A stretch of 64,000 bases of DNA, from the NCBI GenBank assembly GCA_040954595.2, contig CM082594.2, positions 6,530,840-6,594,839 on the forward strand, written 5' to 3'. Under the pieces are notes generated by a model. That model was not told where the DNA came from. It was given only the letters and a program-made list of their open reading frames with translations, and did no database searches. The position numbers and the translations under genes are program-made. Positions within the stretch are counted from its first letter, which is position 1, and each line of letters opens with the position of its first letter. Below, piece after piece: positions 14,841-29,800 of the stretch. The stretch comes from Balanoglossus misakiensis (Eukaryota > Animalia > Hemichordata).

Positions 14841-17800
14841 TGGATGGTAGCCGTGGTTGTGAAATGTTATAAAGAAGGAATGGTACCTAGCTATTTTAAA
14901 ATTAAAACTATCAAATACACGTCGTTAAGGTAACCGTGGTACGGAGCATTGAGTACCAAGCGAAAAAACGACACCTGTCTGCGCGGGTGACGTCACAGAC
15001 GACGGCGTTTTATTTTCTTGACCAATCACATCGAGGACAGCGTACACCTGAAAACGGGGACGGTCGGAAGATGATCCCCGCCGTTAAAGAAATATATCGA
15101 TGGCATTCAGTGGTCAATAGAGCATAAGAACTCATTAACCGCCGACAAAAGACCATCATTGAAGCCATCACTGAATGATCCATCGCCTGTCAGAGGTCGT
15201 TGCAGAACACTAATTGCCTCACTGACAACACAGCAAATCAAGTCGCTGACGACATTTTGACGCAAGCACTCCGGATAAAGCAAACAGAGCAAATGCACGT
15301 CTTATTCACTTCATTCCGCGGTGGGGTTACTGAGTACAAGCGCTGTGAATGGCTTTTATTAGGACTCTGTCAGTCTCACCCAACACGTGTTGTCTGTAAA
15401 ACTGGAACCTTTTTGTACTACCTTCACAGAGTTGCTAATCTCAATTTAGGATATTTTAAGCAACACAAACACATTTTGGTAAGACTGACACATTCTTATT
15501 AACAATGCTTTTGACGTCTGTTGTCCTTAGCGCGGATATTAAATGAAGGAAAACACCAAAAGCTTTCTTCAATGGTGAAACTTCCAGGGCAGTAAAATAA
15601 AGTAGAAATGTTTTGTTGTATAAACATTATGGCTTCTGAAAAACGATTTTACCAATGATACTATTTCACGAGACTTTTGTGCAATTTCGGACCGAACTCT
15701 AATCTAAAGAAACCGGAACCATATATGTCAAACAGTTTCATGCAATAACCTTTAAATTTCGTTCTCAGAGGAATCAGCTATACACCTGAAGTAGATAAAA
15801 TCGTGAATATGATTAAAATTCATGGGAAGTGTATATCTCTGCCTCGGATGTAATTATATTTCGTAACACGCCAGTATAGTGACATTTCTGAGAGCGCTGA
15901 CGTCATACTTGGAATCCTTCGATTGCATTCTTTGTTTAATACAGAACTGCGTGGTTGTAGTTTGTATAATACTTTTGCAATTCGCAAAGTCGAAAATACT
16001 GGTTTCAGCCACTTGTTAGTGCCGGAAATATGCGTTCGTTTTTTAATCCCTTAACTGAAGGATATCTGCCGCGCTGGAAATCTGAAGAGCAAATCATCTT
16101 TCATTCGCTTCAAAATGGAAATATTCTCCCGGATTTTGGGAAAAACATATGTAATATATTCTGCACTGATTTAGTTGATAATATTAATGTTCATTTAACA
16201 CATGTTTATTTGTCATTTCACCACCTTTTTGTGTCTACAACGCGAGAAGGAAATGTTGCATTTGTATTTTTGTCCGCCTTTCAATAACCCACGCACATCC
16301 TCCAGGCCAAATGTCAGCGTTTCCGGCACAGATATTGATTTTTTACGGAAATAAATTCGCAAATGATTAATTTTGATTATCAGTCTGACTGCGCTTACGC
16401 ATGCGCAACTACTCCGCACCTGCAAGCAAATTCTCTCCTTTCTCACTCTCGTTAAAGGGAGAGAACCATTTTTTTCAAATTCCTTCGGCTCTAAAATATG
16501 CTGCAGAGTAAACACTTGCAAAAAAACAACGTTTCTTCTTCAGCGAGTTTTCGAGGGTGTCGCTTTGGAAACTTTACTCCCTGCTTTCAAATCTCCACGA
16601 CTAACACATGTGATCCTACTACGTCATTGCATATGTATATATGCCTAGGCCTACATATATTCTCTATTTCCGTGTAGGACGTCGTGTATACACACACAAG
16701 ACGCGGTTTTATGGGTGTAATCGTCATTACCCCGGCGACGTGTTATCCCTTTTTGAAATTCTTGGGCCCCCCTGCTGTGACACGCGAGCAAAATAACGAG
16801 TCGAATTGAAAACAAAATCCCATATAGGAGCTACGAAAGATGTAGATCTGCTATTTTTGTTTTGACATGCCATTTCTACTAGACACAGCAATTCTATGTA
16901 GGTTATTCTCACAAAACACACGCATACTGTAGAAATTGACAGATATTAAAATTGCATGAACACTCTCAAGTCGATTAATGTAAATTCTGGCATGTGTTGT
17001 ATTTCTCAGACTAAGCATATCGTGTAGAATCCGTCCGTACCGTGTTCCTGAGATTTTTTTCCTACAACGCCCACGCTCGTCTGTTAAACACCTCATTAAT
17101 GCGTTTCACTTTCACAGGTCAAACAAATTCAGGCCGTTTCTGTTTCGCTGTATTGCATGTTATGTGCATCTTTCTCGCTGAACTAATTTCATCGTGTCTC
17201 TAACCGATCCAAAATCTTCGATTTCGGTCAATTGGCAACTTTTCACACAATCTGGATCATTTTAGTTTCTCATTCAATCTTGTTCTGCTGACTGAAATAT
17301 AGTATGCTCAATGACCGATTGTCAAAACTCAACTCGGATCGTATACATGGGCACAGCACATTGAATTCTTTTGTGACCATCACTTAAATTTTAGTCAATG
17401 CCAAAATTGCATTGCGGCAATATTCATTGTCAAGTCCTTATTATACTAGACAGTGAGCTGAGTTACAACAACCGGTGATTGTCATGCGCATGAGCAGAAC
17501 AACGCAATCTACGAAACGAAACTGAAATAACCGTAATGACGTCAAATGTGGGCGACTTTCCCCTTTAAGGGGGATTTCTGTAAAACTCTGCGGTGGAAGT
17601 TTGTCTCCGCACGTCGTGACACGACGACTTAAGTTCGAGGAACAACTTGAAAACGTCAGCGGCTGGTGAAAGCTAACGATTTGGGCTTCTTTTGAAGTAC
17701 CGGGGAATATGTGCGTCATCTTGTACGTGTAGAGCACAGGCTGAGAAGCATGAGTGGGGCTCCTGCCATCGAGTTGTCAAGACGCTAGCTAGAAACGGAC

Positions 17801-20800
17801 CCTTCAAATGCAATAGTACACGCCCTGCGTTGGCGTAATATGAAAGGATGGCTTTACCGGATCTAATTAATTATACCCCGATTTTTGTTTGCCATCAAAA
17901 CTGACTCTAATCTGGAGTATATTCCAGCATATTATATTCAAAGGGTAGCACGTAATACGCATTGGCAAACTAAAGTCGCCCCAGGAATGAGGACTACCAA
18001 ATTGACATATCGCTCCCAAATAAAGGTATCCCACCCGGGCTTTGCTTTCACAACGACTCAGGCCCCGCCCTGTCATTAATCAACAACGAATCGGAGTGGA
18101 TGAAATGCGTAGTTCTGAAAAAGAGACTCCGAAATTGCTGGCCTTCCCTGAGTCCCTCACTTTGAATGAAAGACCACTTTCGGTCTGTAGGCAGCACGAT
18201 TTACCCACGGTATTAACCCTCGAGGGGCAGCGAAGTCAGATCGTCTTAAATCTATCTTATGCGCACTCATATGGTTGTGCCAGCTCCGGGCGTGGGCGGA
18301 CATGACTTGCCTGATAGATTCACCTACCTACCCTCGGGTTACAGTGTTATTATCAATCTTAAATATATTTTCTCGGTCAAACCTATGTGATTCGTTTCCT
18401 TGATCAGTTGCTGATCTAAAATCTGTTCCTTCTTAGAACACTCAGAAGGCTATTGATTTTGATATGCTGCATATAGTATACGTATCAAGATTTGAAACTT
18501 CTCTCGATAAAACCCTATAAACCTTAACGAGAGATACTTTGGCATTCAGGATTTTAACAGTACAACAGCGCACGCGCGCCCAAGTTAAAACATCATGTTT
18601 CCGATCGACAGTACAAGATTCTCTGCATTGATCTTACCCCTTCAGGCAAAACACAAATCGAAAATGCCAGTTGTTTCAAAGTAGAATCACTGCACTTTTA
18701 AGGAAAAATGTTTCTTCGTCACCGACATCTATTCACCCTGCCTCGTGGTTGCACACGGCCACACATGGACACCCAGAATTCACATCCGACCTTTGATGCA
18801 GCAATTGCCATTCAAATAAAAATCGTTGAGGGGAACTTAATCGAGAATTAGTCTTCCGGCTGAGAACTCACTCTCTGGGAGCAATTGCACCTGTGGCTCG
18901 CCGGCTTTCAGAGGATCGTTACCATAGCATTTGCTACCATAACAACGGAGTGGGATTGAAAAATACATTGCATTTCATAGAGCAGTCTATATGTACGCAC
19001 AATGTTTATCATTTATCACATACTTTAATGATAACATTATAAAATGTGAATATATATGTACAATGTTATAGGGAGGCTAAAAAGAGCACATCGCAGGCGC
19101 ATCTATTCTGTCTGTAGTTTTCTTTCTGTGTAAACGAGTAAATTCTCTTCCCAACAGTAAATATGGTTGTTTTGTTTTTTTGCTTTTTTGTTCTCTACTC
19201 AAGAGAATAGCAAGTATGCACGTTTTTCTTTGAATGATTTCGAGCAGATGTAAGGTGTAAAGGGTGTTGATGAGGGATAGTTTTCTGTTCAATCTAGCGC
19301 CTGATTCTATTGAGGCATTGCGAGGAGCGCGGCTGTTGAGATGTGTGTGAAGGACGGTTTCCTCGCCTTTAGAAACACTTAGTATCGTGACAAGAACCAC
19401 TTGAAGAAGGTGTTGACGAACCACAAGGAAGTCGCGTCAGACTCGTATGCTGATGACTCCTGCTATGTATAATATATACTTTTCAGTATATTCAGGATCT
19501 TTTTTATTTACTTTGGATGGACGATATACACGGATTCGAAGTATGAACAAAATTAGATGTAGCATTATGACACTGAGTTTGTCGTGCGCGTGTGTGGTTG
19601 CTTGTTTGTTGAATAAGTCGGAAATTTTATTTCACAGGAAACTGTGCTTGCAACCCACATTTATCACCATTTTCCTTTTTTCCAGATAAATGAAGTTTTG
19701 CCACAAGAAAAACTCGGTAAGACAAACTTATTAATTTTATTTCCTTTCAGATCATTCCAGCTAGCTTCCTCTAAGAAGTATCTTGTATTTCTTGATCGTA
19801 CAATTACTTGTTATACTACCTTATAAAATATTTTAGCATGGAATAAGTTAGTATGACATCAATGATGAATATAGAAATCAGCATCCCGAAATAGGTTTTT
19901 ACAAATTTATTTGAGTGTGAGAAAACACACGTAAGTATTAACCCCGCAGAGTTTAGGACGCGTTGTGCATTGTGGATTTCAGAGGTGCAGCACCTAATGG
20001 GATAGTCAGATATATCACATGGCAACTACAGCTATGTGACAAGACTGGCGGCGCGTCACGTTTGACCTTTTGCATTTTTCAAAAAAGAAGAAAAATTGGT
20101 TAGTTGACGCCGCGATTCGAAGTAACGTCAGAGCAGTGAATGAATTGACGAAAAGCTGAGAAATTAACAACGTATCGTATTTTACATCGGGATCTTTAGA
20201 AATGTCAGTTTCTTCACACCCATTTTCTCCTTCTCTGCGGTTTCGCGGCGCCCTTTTGTGAGCTGTACTGTGTTTTAATATTTTTTGGGGAAAGTCGACG
20301 AAGGAGTACTGACGTGTACAGATTAAGAGTGAATTATTTTGTACTGAAAAATTCTTTTCACATACAGCTAACTTCCCAGTATGAATATGGGTTGTCAGAT
20401 TTCCTTAAATATATATTTGCGTTACATGTATTTGTGTTCCTAATCAAATTCAATTTTATTAAGTGCTCCAACGACCCACCTCTGAGGTCGAGGGTAAAAT
20501 ACTCCCTTTCTAAATATATAACATCGACTAACAATTTTGTTTCGAGAAGTAAATACCCTGAATGGCCGGCTATTTTAAGAAATGGCAAAGAGAGAATCGA
20601 TGCCAGCCGATTGGCAGAACAGGAAATTGACAAATCGCACGCACGTCAGTGATTACGTAGGCTGCGCGTGGATGACGTCACAGAAGTAATGAGTGATCAT
20701 TTGGGAGTTGCTAGGAGTGACCTCACTGCTACGAGCATTGCCGCAATAATCCAATGGGTATAGAAATCTACGTCAATCATGTTTTTTTTACTGTGTGAAA

Positions 20801-23800
20801 TAACTAAACACATACATGTTCAGTATTTCAAGAAACAGGATTGCTATTTTCAGAGGATTCCTTCAATTGGATCGGGCCAGGGCTACATGATTTGATGGCT
20901 AAGGGGTGCTTATTCTCCGTAAAAAGAGGTTACTAGTAATTAATTCTCAGGATTATAAAAAGATTTGATGGTGTAAACCATGTGAAATCAATCAGACGAT
21001 TCATAAACTGAGACACATTTGTCTGAAATTTCCTCCTTCTTCATGTTTCTATATAAACTCCACACACAGAACCATTTTCATTTGCGCGATCGTTATTGTA
21101 GAACTACAATGTCTCCCACGCATCTTCAAGAACGGCTGTGTCCGCCACATCCATACGTCAACTCACGTCAGCAACACGGCTTATTTCATACTCGGCAAGG
21201 CAGACATGGAAATGAAGGCCCACACAAAACCTTCCTTGAGCTGAATTCTGTTTTTTTCTTTCAATAGACGAAGATTCGTTAGCGTTAATGACAAAACGTC
21301 TGTATTCAGAGACACCGTGTCCGCGTGGGACTTTAATATCAAAGTCGCATTGTAAAGTAGTTTTGAGATAAAATTATACGACGGTCGGTTACTCAGCCTG
21401 ACAAAAAAGATACCGGATTCTATGGCTTATGCATCTGGTTATTTCGTTTTAGTTCTGATACATGAAATATAGTTCCCATCATTCTTGGAATGTACCGGAT
21501 TCCCTGTAGATGGTCTATCTATCACAAGGCACTGCAACGACTTATCGCATTTCTGTCGACAACCATACCTCATGCGCTCTCGTACGCGATTTAACAGACT
21601 TGCGATATACAGTCGTTGCCAAGTCGACATTTAATGAAAGGAAGATACGATATCTTTTTCGGTAGTAAATCAGGCATCCTAACGTCAGCGTCGGTATTCA
21701 CTGCTTTTTAGATTTACTGCAAATTACAGATCGTGACGTACATTGTCCGAGTTACCGAGAGTCTAGTTTAATGGAAACTGCTAATAGCTCATGAAATGTC
21801 CCCAAGAATACGCAAATGAAATTAATTGAAACGTGAGATATTAGAAGACCCATCGTTCGTTGATTAAACCCAACTCACACTTATCCACACACACCTACAT
21901 ATCCTATAAAAATCGACCGACCTAAAAGCGCGTGTCAGCGAACGCGGTGGTTTTTCTTTGAAGAAGCCGACACACAGCACAAGTGGTTGCTGATAGTGAA
22001 AGCAGGGCCTTTGTGTATTTCTTTCTGGATGTGTTGTTTGAGTAGGCGAACATGTTCAATCCAGAGCTGTTTTTACCCTGGCACACAACTCGGTCCCGTA
22101 AACAGAACGAGATTATTGTCTTCGGTGGAAAGCAAAAACAAACATCACCTATACCGTAACGGATCACTGAAATACCTGATCGCGACTTTCGTCAATGGCT
22201 GCACTTAGCCTTCGGGGTCTGCACTTCAAAAGACATCAATTCAGAATATCGGAAACCTGACTAGAAAACACTGAGTTTACACCCAATCACTTTGTCTTTG
22301 AAACCACGCCCAATTTCAGATCATAGCAGTTGTTTGAAAAAAAAGGGATCTAATTTCCGAGACAGAAGTTCATTACTTATTTGTCCCTGCGATGAAAAAT
22401 TGTTGAAATGGATGACTTAACTTGGAAACAACGCTGCTCGCTCTGGCAATACATGTTCACGCCGTGTATATGTCAGCGACTGTAAATTTAATAAGCTCGC
22501 TTACATTGGCGTCTAATTGCCTCTTGAGAAAATGTCAATTAAATCAACTGGCCAAAGGAATGGCTTTCCCCGTCGTCTTCAACTCAAGAGTTCACCGCCA
22601 TGTTAATCATGAGTGAAGAGTCGTACTTTCAACCCTTTCACCACCATGGTTCAGTCCAACCCCATTGTTTTCTATGGTAAAGGTTGGACCTCTGAAGAGG
22701 GAACTGAGGGGTGATAGGGTTAAGATTTATAATTTACCTGATATGGTTGGAATCTATCCGATTAGTGCCCTGATCCTAAGCTAGTCTTGAATTATATGTG
22801 TGCGAAAATGGCCAGGCACCGGTCGATGAGTATCTGTGCATGTTTAGGGCTTAGACTAACTCCTGACAAACCACAGCCCGCCCGAAATCAGTTTTTGAAA
22901 AGTTCCTAACGCTTGAAACTAAATTAGTAACACTGTCCATGCATCGCAATTTAATGCAATTTCTGTGAAAACGGCGCATTTAGCAATTTCATCAAAACGT
23001 CCGCATGTGAATTTGTGCAAACTGTTCTTATCGTCATGGGAACATTGAAATATTGCAGAACTAAATGGGTGCAGCAGCGACTTAATGGTCAACAGCCTCG
23101 GGGTATTTTGATTTGCAGCTGGATATTACATTAAATCTATTTTATGTTTACTAAGAAAAATATGTATGATTATTATGAGGGTGGCGGTAACAACCACAAC
23201 ATCTTCATATCAACACCATGGACACCATCACCAACACAAACAATCATCATCATCATCAATAATAACAACAACATCATCATCACCGTCGTCATCACCATCT
23301 ACACTTCATTTTGGCCGCCACAAAAACAAGAAACAACGCTAACTGCTTCATAAGTGCTTCCCCCAGCCTTCAGTAATTCCCCTTGTAATTCCAATCCATG
23401 TAGACAATTCAATATCACCCATCATCAGCTGTTGTAGACAGATTTTGCCGCAACTGATATATATAACAAACATGAATCCCTAACATTACACTTGGAAGTA
23501 TGACATCGGCCACAAAGCACCACAGGGTCATAAAACTCACAAATATTGCACATATACGATTATTAAATGTCGTTTCATGATCCGCGCGTTATCTTCGAGT
23601 GCTTCTCCGTGATGTCAGAGCAAGCTGTCCCTGTACAAATGATAGCAGTCACGTGTCTCCAAGTAGAGCTTTGCGCATGCCCCCTTGACCTTTAGATGAG
23701 TTGATTACCTCAGATTCTTCTAGATAAAGTTGAGCACCAGCGGCTTTTGTAATAACCAGCGTCTAAATTATCAATTATTCATTTTCAAAATGCCTACATT

Positions 23801-26800
23801 TGTGTATTAAGCCTTAGAGATTGCCAGACTGGATTTAAAAGAACGTGGGCAGTAAAGTCACAAGCGATCGGGGAAAGTATGATTATTGTGATTTCGTATG
23901 AGTCATGACATGGACTTTGCATTAGGGGATCCACCGTGGCAATGCAGGGTTCCCTTCTGTCTTTTGTCACACGGTAACCTATGCAAATTTAGACACAGTT
24001 GCCATGGAAAGTTGAGATCTCACAGACAGGAAGACCAGGTGCCAACAAACGATCAAGACTAGGGCACAACCTTGTAACCATATATGGGCATGCATATGTA
24101 GATTAATGATGATGAGGGATATTCCCATATTTCATGTATTTACAAAACGAGTTCTGAATAAGTATATTGCAATGTTTAACCCTTCGGGTGCTCTTCCCAC
24201 CCAATCAGTACATGTGATCTCAACAGTAATCACTTCGCAATGCACCATGGGATACCCCACAGGCACAAATCATAACAAATTTACTTCACTCCTTTCTATG
24301 CGTTTCCGCTACTGTTCGCTTTCCGACTTGTACGTCAACCGACGCGGCTACCGGCCCCCGGGCCACTCCGTCGCCCGCCTGTAAACAACCAGGCTCCATG
24401 AAATTTATATTTCCCGAGAGGGCGGCTGCGTGAGATTAAGATTCTCCGGTCAATAACGTCGCACACGTTTACGCTGGCGGGAATTGAAGGGTCAATGAGT
24501 GAGAACATAAATTGAGAAAGACGACTCCGGAAATCAACACGAACTGCTAGGCTGCAACGGTCGCAGAATTACAAACATTTGCACAGATGTATATAAATTG
24601 GAATCTTGAAACACCGAAATTCTGATACATCATCACGAATTACTGTCCTCTTTACGGCAACTGTTTGAATGATTTTAAAGTTCTGGTCCACATGATCAAT
24701 AAGGCTCCGAGCAACACGACAATTCTGACATTTCATCTATCTGTGATACTTAACTTTAGCAGCATGACATTTCCTCGCTTCCCTATGTATATACCGCCCC
24801 CAGTGTAACATCTTAAATTGTGGTTCGTAAAACAATCCGTTCACGTTTTTATTCCTTTCATTTATTGAAAGTAAATGTTGATAAGTACTCAGATTTGATG
24901 AATCCCTGGCTATAAAACGAACCAGAATTGAACAGAATAAAAAAATCTAACTGCAAGACGATACCGCCTAAGACTATGCTAAGACACAAGAAATGGTCAT
25001 TTTATTTGGCAATAACATGTTAATGCCGCAGTAGTGTCAGAAGATGCCGCGAAATAGCTTTTTATACTCGCACAGACCTGATGCATAGTAATTCATCTTC
25101 CTTGTTCACAGGGTGAGTTAGAAGTCGTGAAGATTTTTAAGGGAAACTAAAAGATAAACCTTGTGAAAAATAAAATGGCCAACCATACCTGTTTCTTGTT
25201 GTTGTTTCATAGCTGAAGAGGCATTGGAAGAAGTTGAGGCGTCGGGAGGTGGTTCAGGGGACGAGCCAGAAGCTTTCATTCCACCATCTAAAGAAATCGA
25301 GGAAGAAGAAGAAGAAGAAGGAAACATCAACGAAGAGAAAACTAATTATGAAGATTTTGGAATAGACTATGATAGTTTTGAAAAGAACAAAAATACAGCT
25401 ACTGATGGTTATGGTAAGTCATCTTCCAGATTGTCGATGGCAAGTCACAACACAACGAGCCAAATTAAATGATTGACAGTTTGTAATTTTTCTACATATA
25501 TGTATTTGCCGGGGACGGACACGTCTGGAAATACATTTAGTAGATAACGATACTCCGGAAACTACAGGGAATGGAAATTTTGACGTGCATAACTGTAATT
25601 ATCGACTGTTTCTTTTGATTGATAGTCGTGGAGCTTAGCTTGAATCACGACACAGCGTTTCGGGGGTTAGCGCAGTCGGGGGACGAGAAAGCCCGACTGC
25701 GTCGCTCATTTCAACTCTCGCTCGCTTGAAGCTGTCTAAACACGCCGCGAATTCTCAACCTCTCTTCTCTCAGGTGGCGACAAATGCGATGTCGACTTCG
25801 ATACGGCAAGACTGCTCGCCGCCAATCTCGGCAACCCCGCCGCCATTGCCGATTATATCATATCGACCAATGACATCGAGAGTTTCGTTTGTGTTGTTCA
25901 GATTTTGATTGAAGACAGCCTGGTGAGTATTGGCCATTCTGTTTGTATGAATATCATTATTCGCCACACACGGTAGAAATCGTTCACCTAATTGTTTTGC
26001 TCACAGACGCCCCATTTACATGTACATTGTCACAATATAATGTAATAAATAAATAAGCCCCACTGACTAAGTATTAAATTAACTTTATTTTGTACGGCGA
26101 TACACACTGCATCTAAGGAACAACAATTTTGATTGGCACCCGTGCAAAACAGTTTAATTCAGGAAAGATTTTGAAAATGTCCTACATGTTTTTTATCGCT
26201 TTGTGTCCATCATTATGCACACTCCGTAACTTGTTGATATAACCTTTGTGACCCGGCCTTCCTTTCTAGCTTTCGGAAGATGAAGCGAGTTATCTCGAAG
26301 AAGAAGTATCTAACGAGTTGCAGAGGCAATTGTATGATGACGTCAAATACTACAGCGACGGCCCCTATGGCGAGGAGGTACGTCAGCCACCTTAGCATTT
26401 AGATGTTGCGTGACCTTCGTGACCTGTCCTTACATGCTGATGGAGACAAAAGGCCTACATCAGAGCCGTCTAATGAAAGAACCTCATCGGAATAGCTTAT
26501 GCATGTTTGTAATTGTCTGTTCAGATGTAAGCCTTCTGAATCTTTCATTATGTGGGAAGAGATTTAAGAAAACTCTATACATTGCTTTCAACAGCCTAAT
26601 TTGAGGTTTACTTTTGCGCTACCTCATGGTGATTTGAATACTTGGGGACGCCATGGACATGTAAATAAGAGGTGCATGCCATACTCTAAATTTAGACACA
26701 GTGAATCTCGTTAAGGTGATGGTGGGTGGGGCTGAAGTTGCCCAATAAAAGTTGCTTTGACCGATTTACGGCGACTCCATTAGACCTGTTTAACGTGAAT

Positions 26801-29800
26801 TGAGCTGTTTAACACAAATCTGTCAATTTTCACAGATTGATGTGGAAGAAGTGGAAGAACCCGATATAGTCTATCCTGACTTGGATGATGTCATCACAGC
26901 TGACATGGACGAGCTGTTATACGACCTCGCAGAAACACTTTATCGGCAACCACCAGGAGGTAATGCCGTGATTGAAGTTCTCCCCGTTGCGTTTCCTTTT
27001 GTCGCTGCGTGATAGGCGATGCAAATACTCTCGCTGTACCACTGCAGACGATAAAATCTTCCCGCCATTGAAATATCAGAACTTTTTGTTTGCCATCTTT
27101 GTTTTGGAATAACATTTATTCAAATGGTTGGGCAGAGTGTCCTAAAGATTTCACGAAATTTGTACAATTGTGGCAAATTACATGATAATGTAATTACATT
27201 ATTTGTAATCATGATAATTAAGTTTTTTTTCATAAATCTTTCAGAACAACAATCGGCGGAGAGGGCACTAGTCCAGTTCGCTGGAATCATTGCCCGTGAA
27301 GTTGTCCTTGGAAATCTGAGTCCAGAGGATGGTGAAGGATACTTAGGTATGAAACAGTAATTATTAGGGGATAGGTACTTGTTACCACCTCAACTAATAG
27401 CTGATTATGTTGACATATGATGGCATTCACAGCAGCTCTCCATTAAGTGGTATTTTGGTGTACTATCAATTATGATCATTGTAATAAATAGTGACGCTCG
27501 GAGACATGTTCTGTTACACATTCCTTCGGGACATCAGCAAGCTATTTAGATTTGTTGAATATGTTTACCAAATCCCAATAGTCTATTCAGATTTTTATTT
27601 TAATTCTCTAAGAGACGGAAAGAGGGTTGGGGAATAGCTCTAACAAGTTCTCTCGAGACATAATCAGCAAAACCGGATTTTATTTCTCTTGAAGATATCC
27701 TATCCCAGCTGCCTTACGGACAAGTGCTGGAACAGGGAAATGATGACGTCATGGTTTCCGAGGAGGAGGAAGAGGAAGAAGAAGAAGGAGACAGTGAGAT
27801 TGATGAGATATCTGAGGAGGAGGAAGAGGAAGATGTCAATGATGATGATGAAGAAGAAGAAGATGACACACAAGATGAAGAAGTGGACGAAGAAGAGGCA
27901 GAGGACAAAGAAGAATTATTGGACGATCTTGAAGCAGAACTTATGAACAGTGCCAAGTACAACGGAAATCTCAAAGAACAAGGTAAATAGTCGAAGGTTC
28001 TGGGAAACAAAGAAACAGCCCCTGTCAAATGAGATGAGGTGAAGTTGGTAAACATTTCACGATCATTTCTGTTTAAATGTTAGAAATCACACCACAATTG
28101 CGGGGGTTTCAAGTCAGTGGAATATCAACGTTTGGGGACGGCCATATCTTTGTCTTTCGAAGCAGTTCGTTTGATCAATCGCCCACTGTAGAGTGCATAG
28201 TACTCAAGGATTTTCACATGCTTCAACTCGAACCGACACATCAAAGAAAGATCCCTTGCGGTGAAAAAACAAATGAAGTCACGCTTCGATGAGCGAATTC
28301 CCTGAAAGAATTTGTTTTTCATTTTTGAATTCGAGCTCAGGAGCTGCAGTGCCATTAGATATTTTCCGCCATGTAAATGAGAAAACTGAAAATTCTGAAC
28401 ACCCACAACCCAGGGCGTTTTACAGACATTTCTTCAATTCTGGCAAATCTTGATGTGTTGTTATCCTCAATTTTACAACAAATTCTAAATGTGGAATGTT
28501 TAAGCTTGCGCATGCTCCGATTGTTTTCTGATAATGTTTGGCACGGTGCAAGGAAATTGGCGTACGTGGAATACGTACTTTCTTACACGCAATCAACGTC
28601 ATTCGACGTTCTTGCTGACGCAGGTTTCTTTTATGATGGCAGACGACACGCGTTGTACTCATCCACTCCATCTACAAATCTTGTATAGGTTTAACGCCTG
28701 CGTTTGTGGCATAAAGGCAGAATTGTGATGTGTATCGACATCTAATTGACAGCTTAATGAGCTGTTACCGCACTTTGATTGATTACTACACAGAATTATA
28801 AAAATGTCTTCCGAATGGACATGGATTATCATCCGCCAGCAACCAGGACTTTTCAGCATCCAATGTCCGATGACGTCATACGATATTTCCCCAGAGTTCG
28901 CTATAAATTAGAACTGCAAACTAATGAATGTCGACATTTAGCCGTATCGCAGAGAGAATAAATACGCATTAAGACAGAGTTTGTACATGTCTATTGGTAG
29001 CTTCCGTTTTCTTCTACTCAGCTACATTATTTGACACGTAAATACATTAGCTGGATTCATTGACTTTGTCGGCAAATCTGCCGTAGACATCTCACGACAC
29101 AAGTCTCTCTGGGTACATTGCAGTAATTGTATGTGAGCCGAACAGGAATTGCCATCACGCGTGTTCGCTGACGAGAAAAGATATGGACGGACTGTTTGAG
29201 ACAGAATTTAGGTTCTATTGGTTCACATTATGGCCACTAGCCCGAGCTTGTCTGTAGCCATTTCAATAGATCCCGTAGAAAGACAAAAATTGACTAAATA
29301 GGCCTATGCTAGTATTTAGCCTACATGTAGCCAAAATCAAAATTTAAATATGCCCACATATGGTCAACTGAGACTATCTAAGTTTTTCTAGCGACCCAGG
29401 GTAGATACCCAAGTGAAATTATGTGATTGGCTGGAGTTCAACTTCGAATGGTAACTGTAGCTTAATTCGCATAGATTACTGTATACTAAAGACAACATAA
29501 ATTTCTGATTCTCAGACACATACTACCCTGAGGACGAAAAATTCGGTGCTTTCCCAGAGTATAAAGACAACTACCTGGATAATATTCGTGAAGATATTGT
29601 GTGGCTTGAGGATTACGGCCTCCTACCGACAGAAGACGAGGAAATTGAAGGTAACATTAGAGTTATTTTCTCTCTATCACTATAACTATTCATATTCCAT
29701 CAATACTTCAGTTAATGGGAAAGTAGATGGTCTGTGCTTCAACTAGCTAAATTTCAAGTTTGTGTGTCATCTTTGTGCATTCCTCCAGTTCCATTTTGGG

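Noticed and set aside
14712-14933. Poly-Asp ORF as part of the acidic protein
   Set aside because: It is a (GAT)n microsatellite with no suitable splice sites, and the gene model is complete without it.
21785-21797. ATAGCTCATGAAA match to the satellite unit
   Set aside because: The match does not extend and is compatible with chance.
25902-25922. Short exon using the internal TTGTTCAG acceptor
   Set aside because: Joined to exon 4 it gives D-F-D-stop. The upstream acceptor at 25773 keeps the frame and the SCG3 similarity.
28377-28688. BIR-like motif LADAGFFYDG
   Set aside because: The BIR Cys/His zinc ligands do not follow and it lies in intron 9, so it is likely chance.
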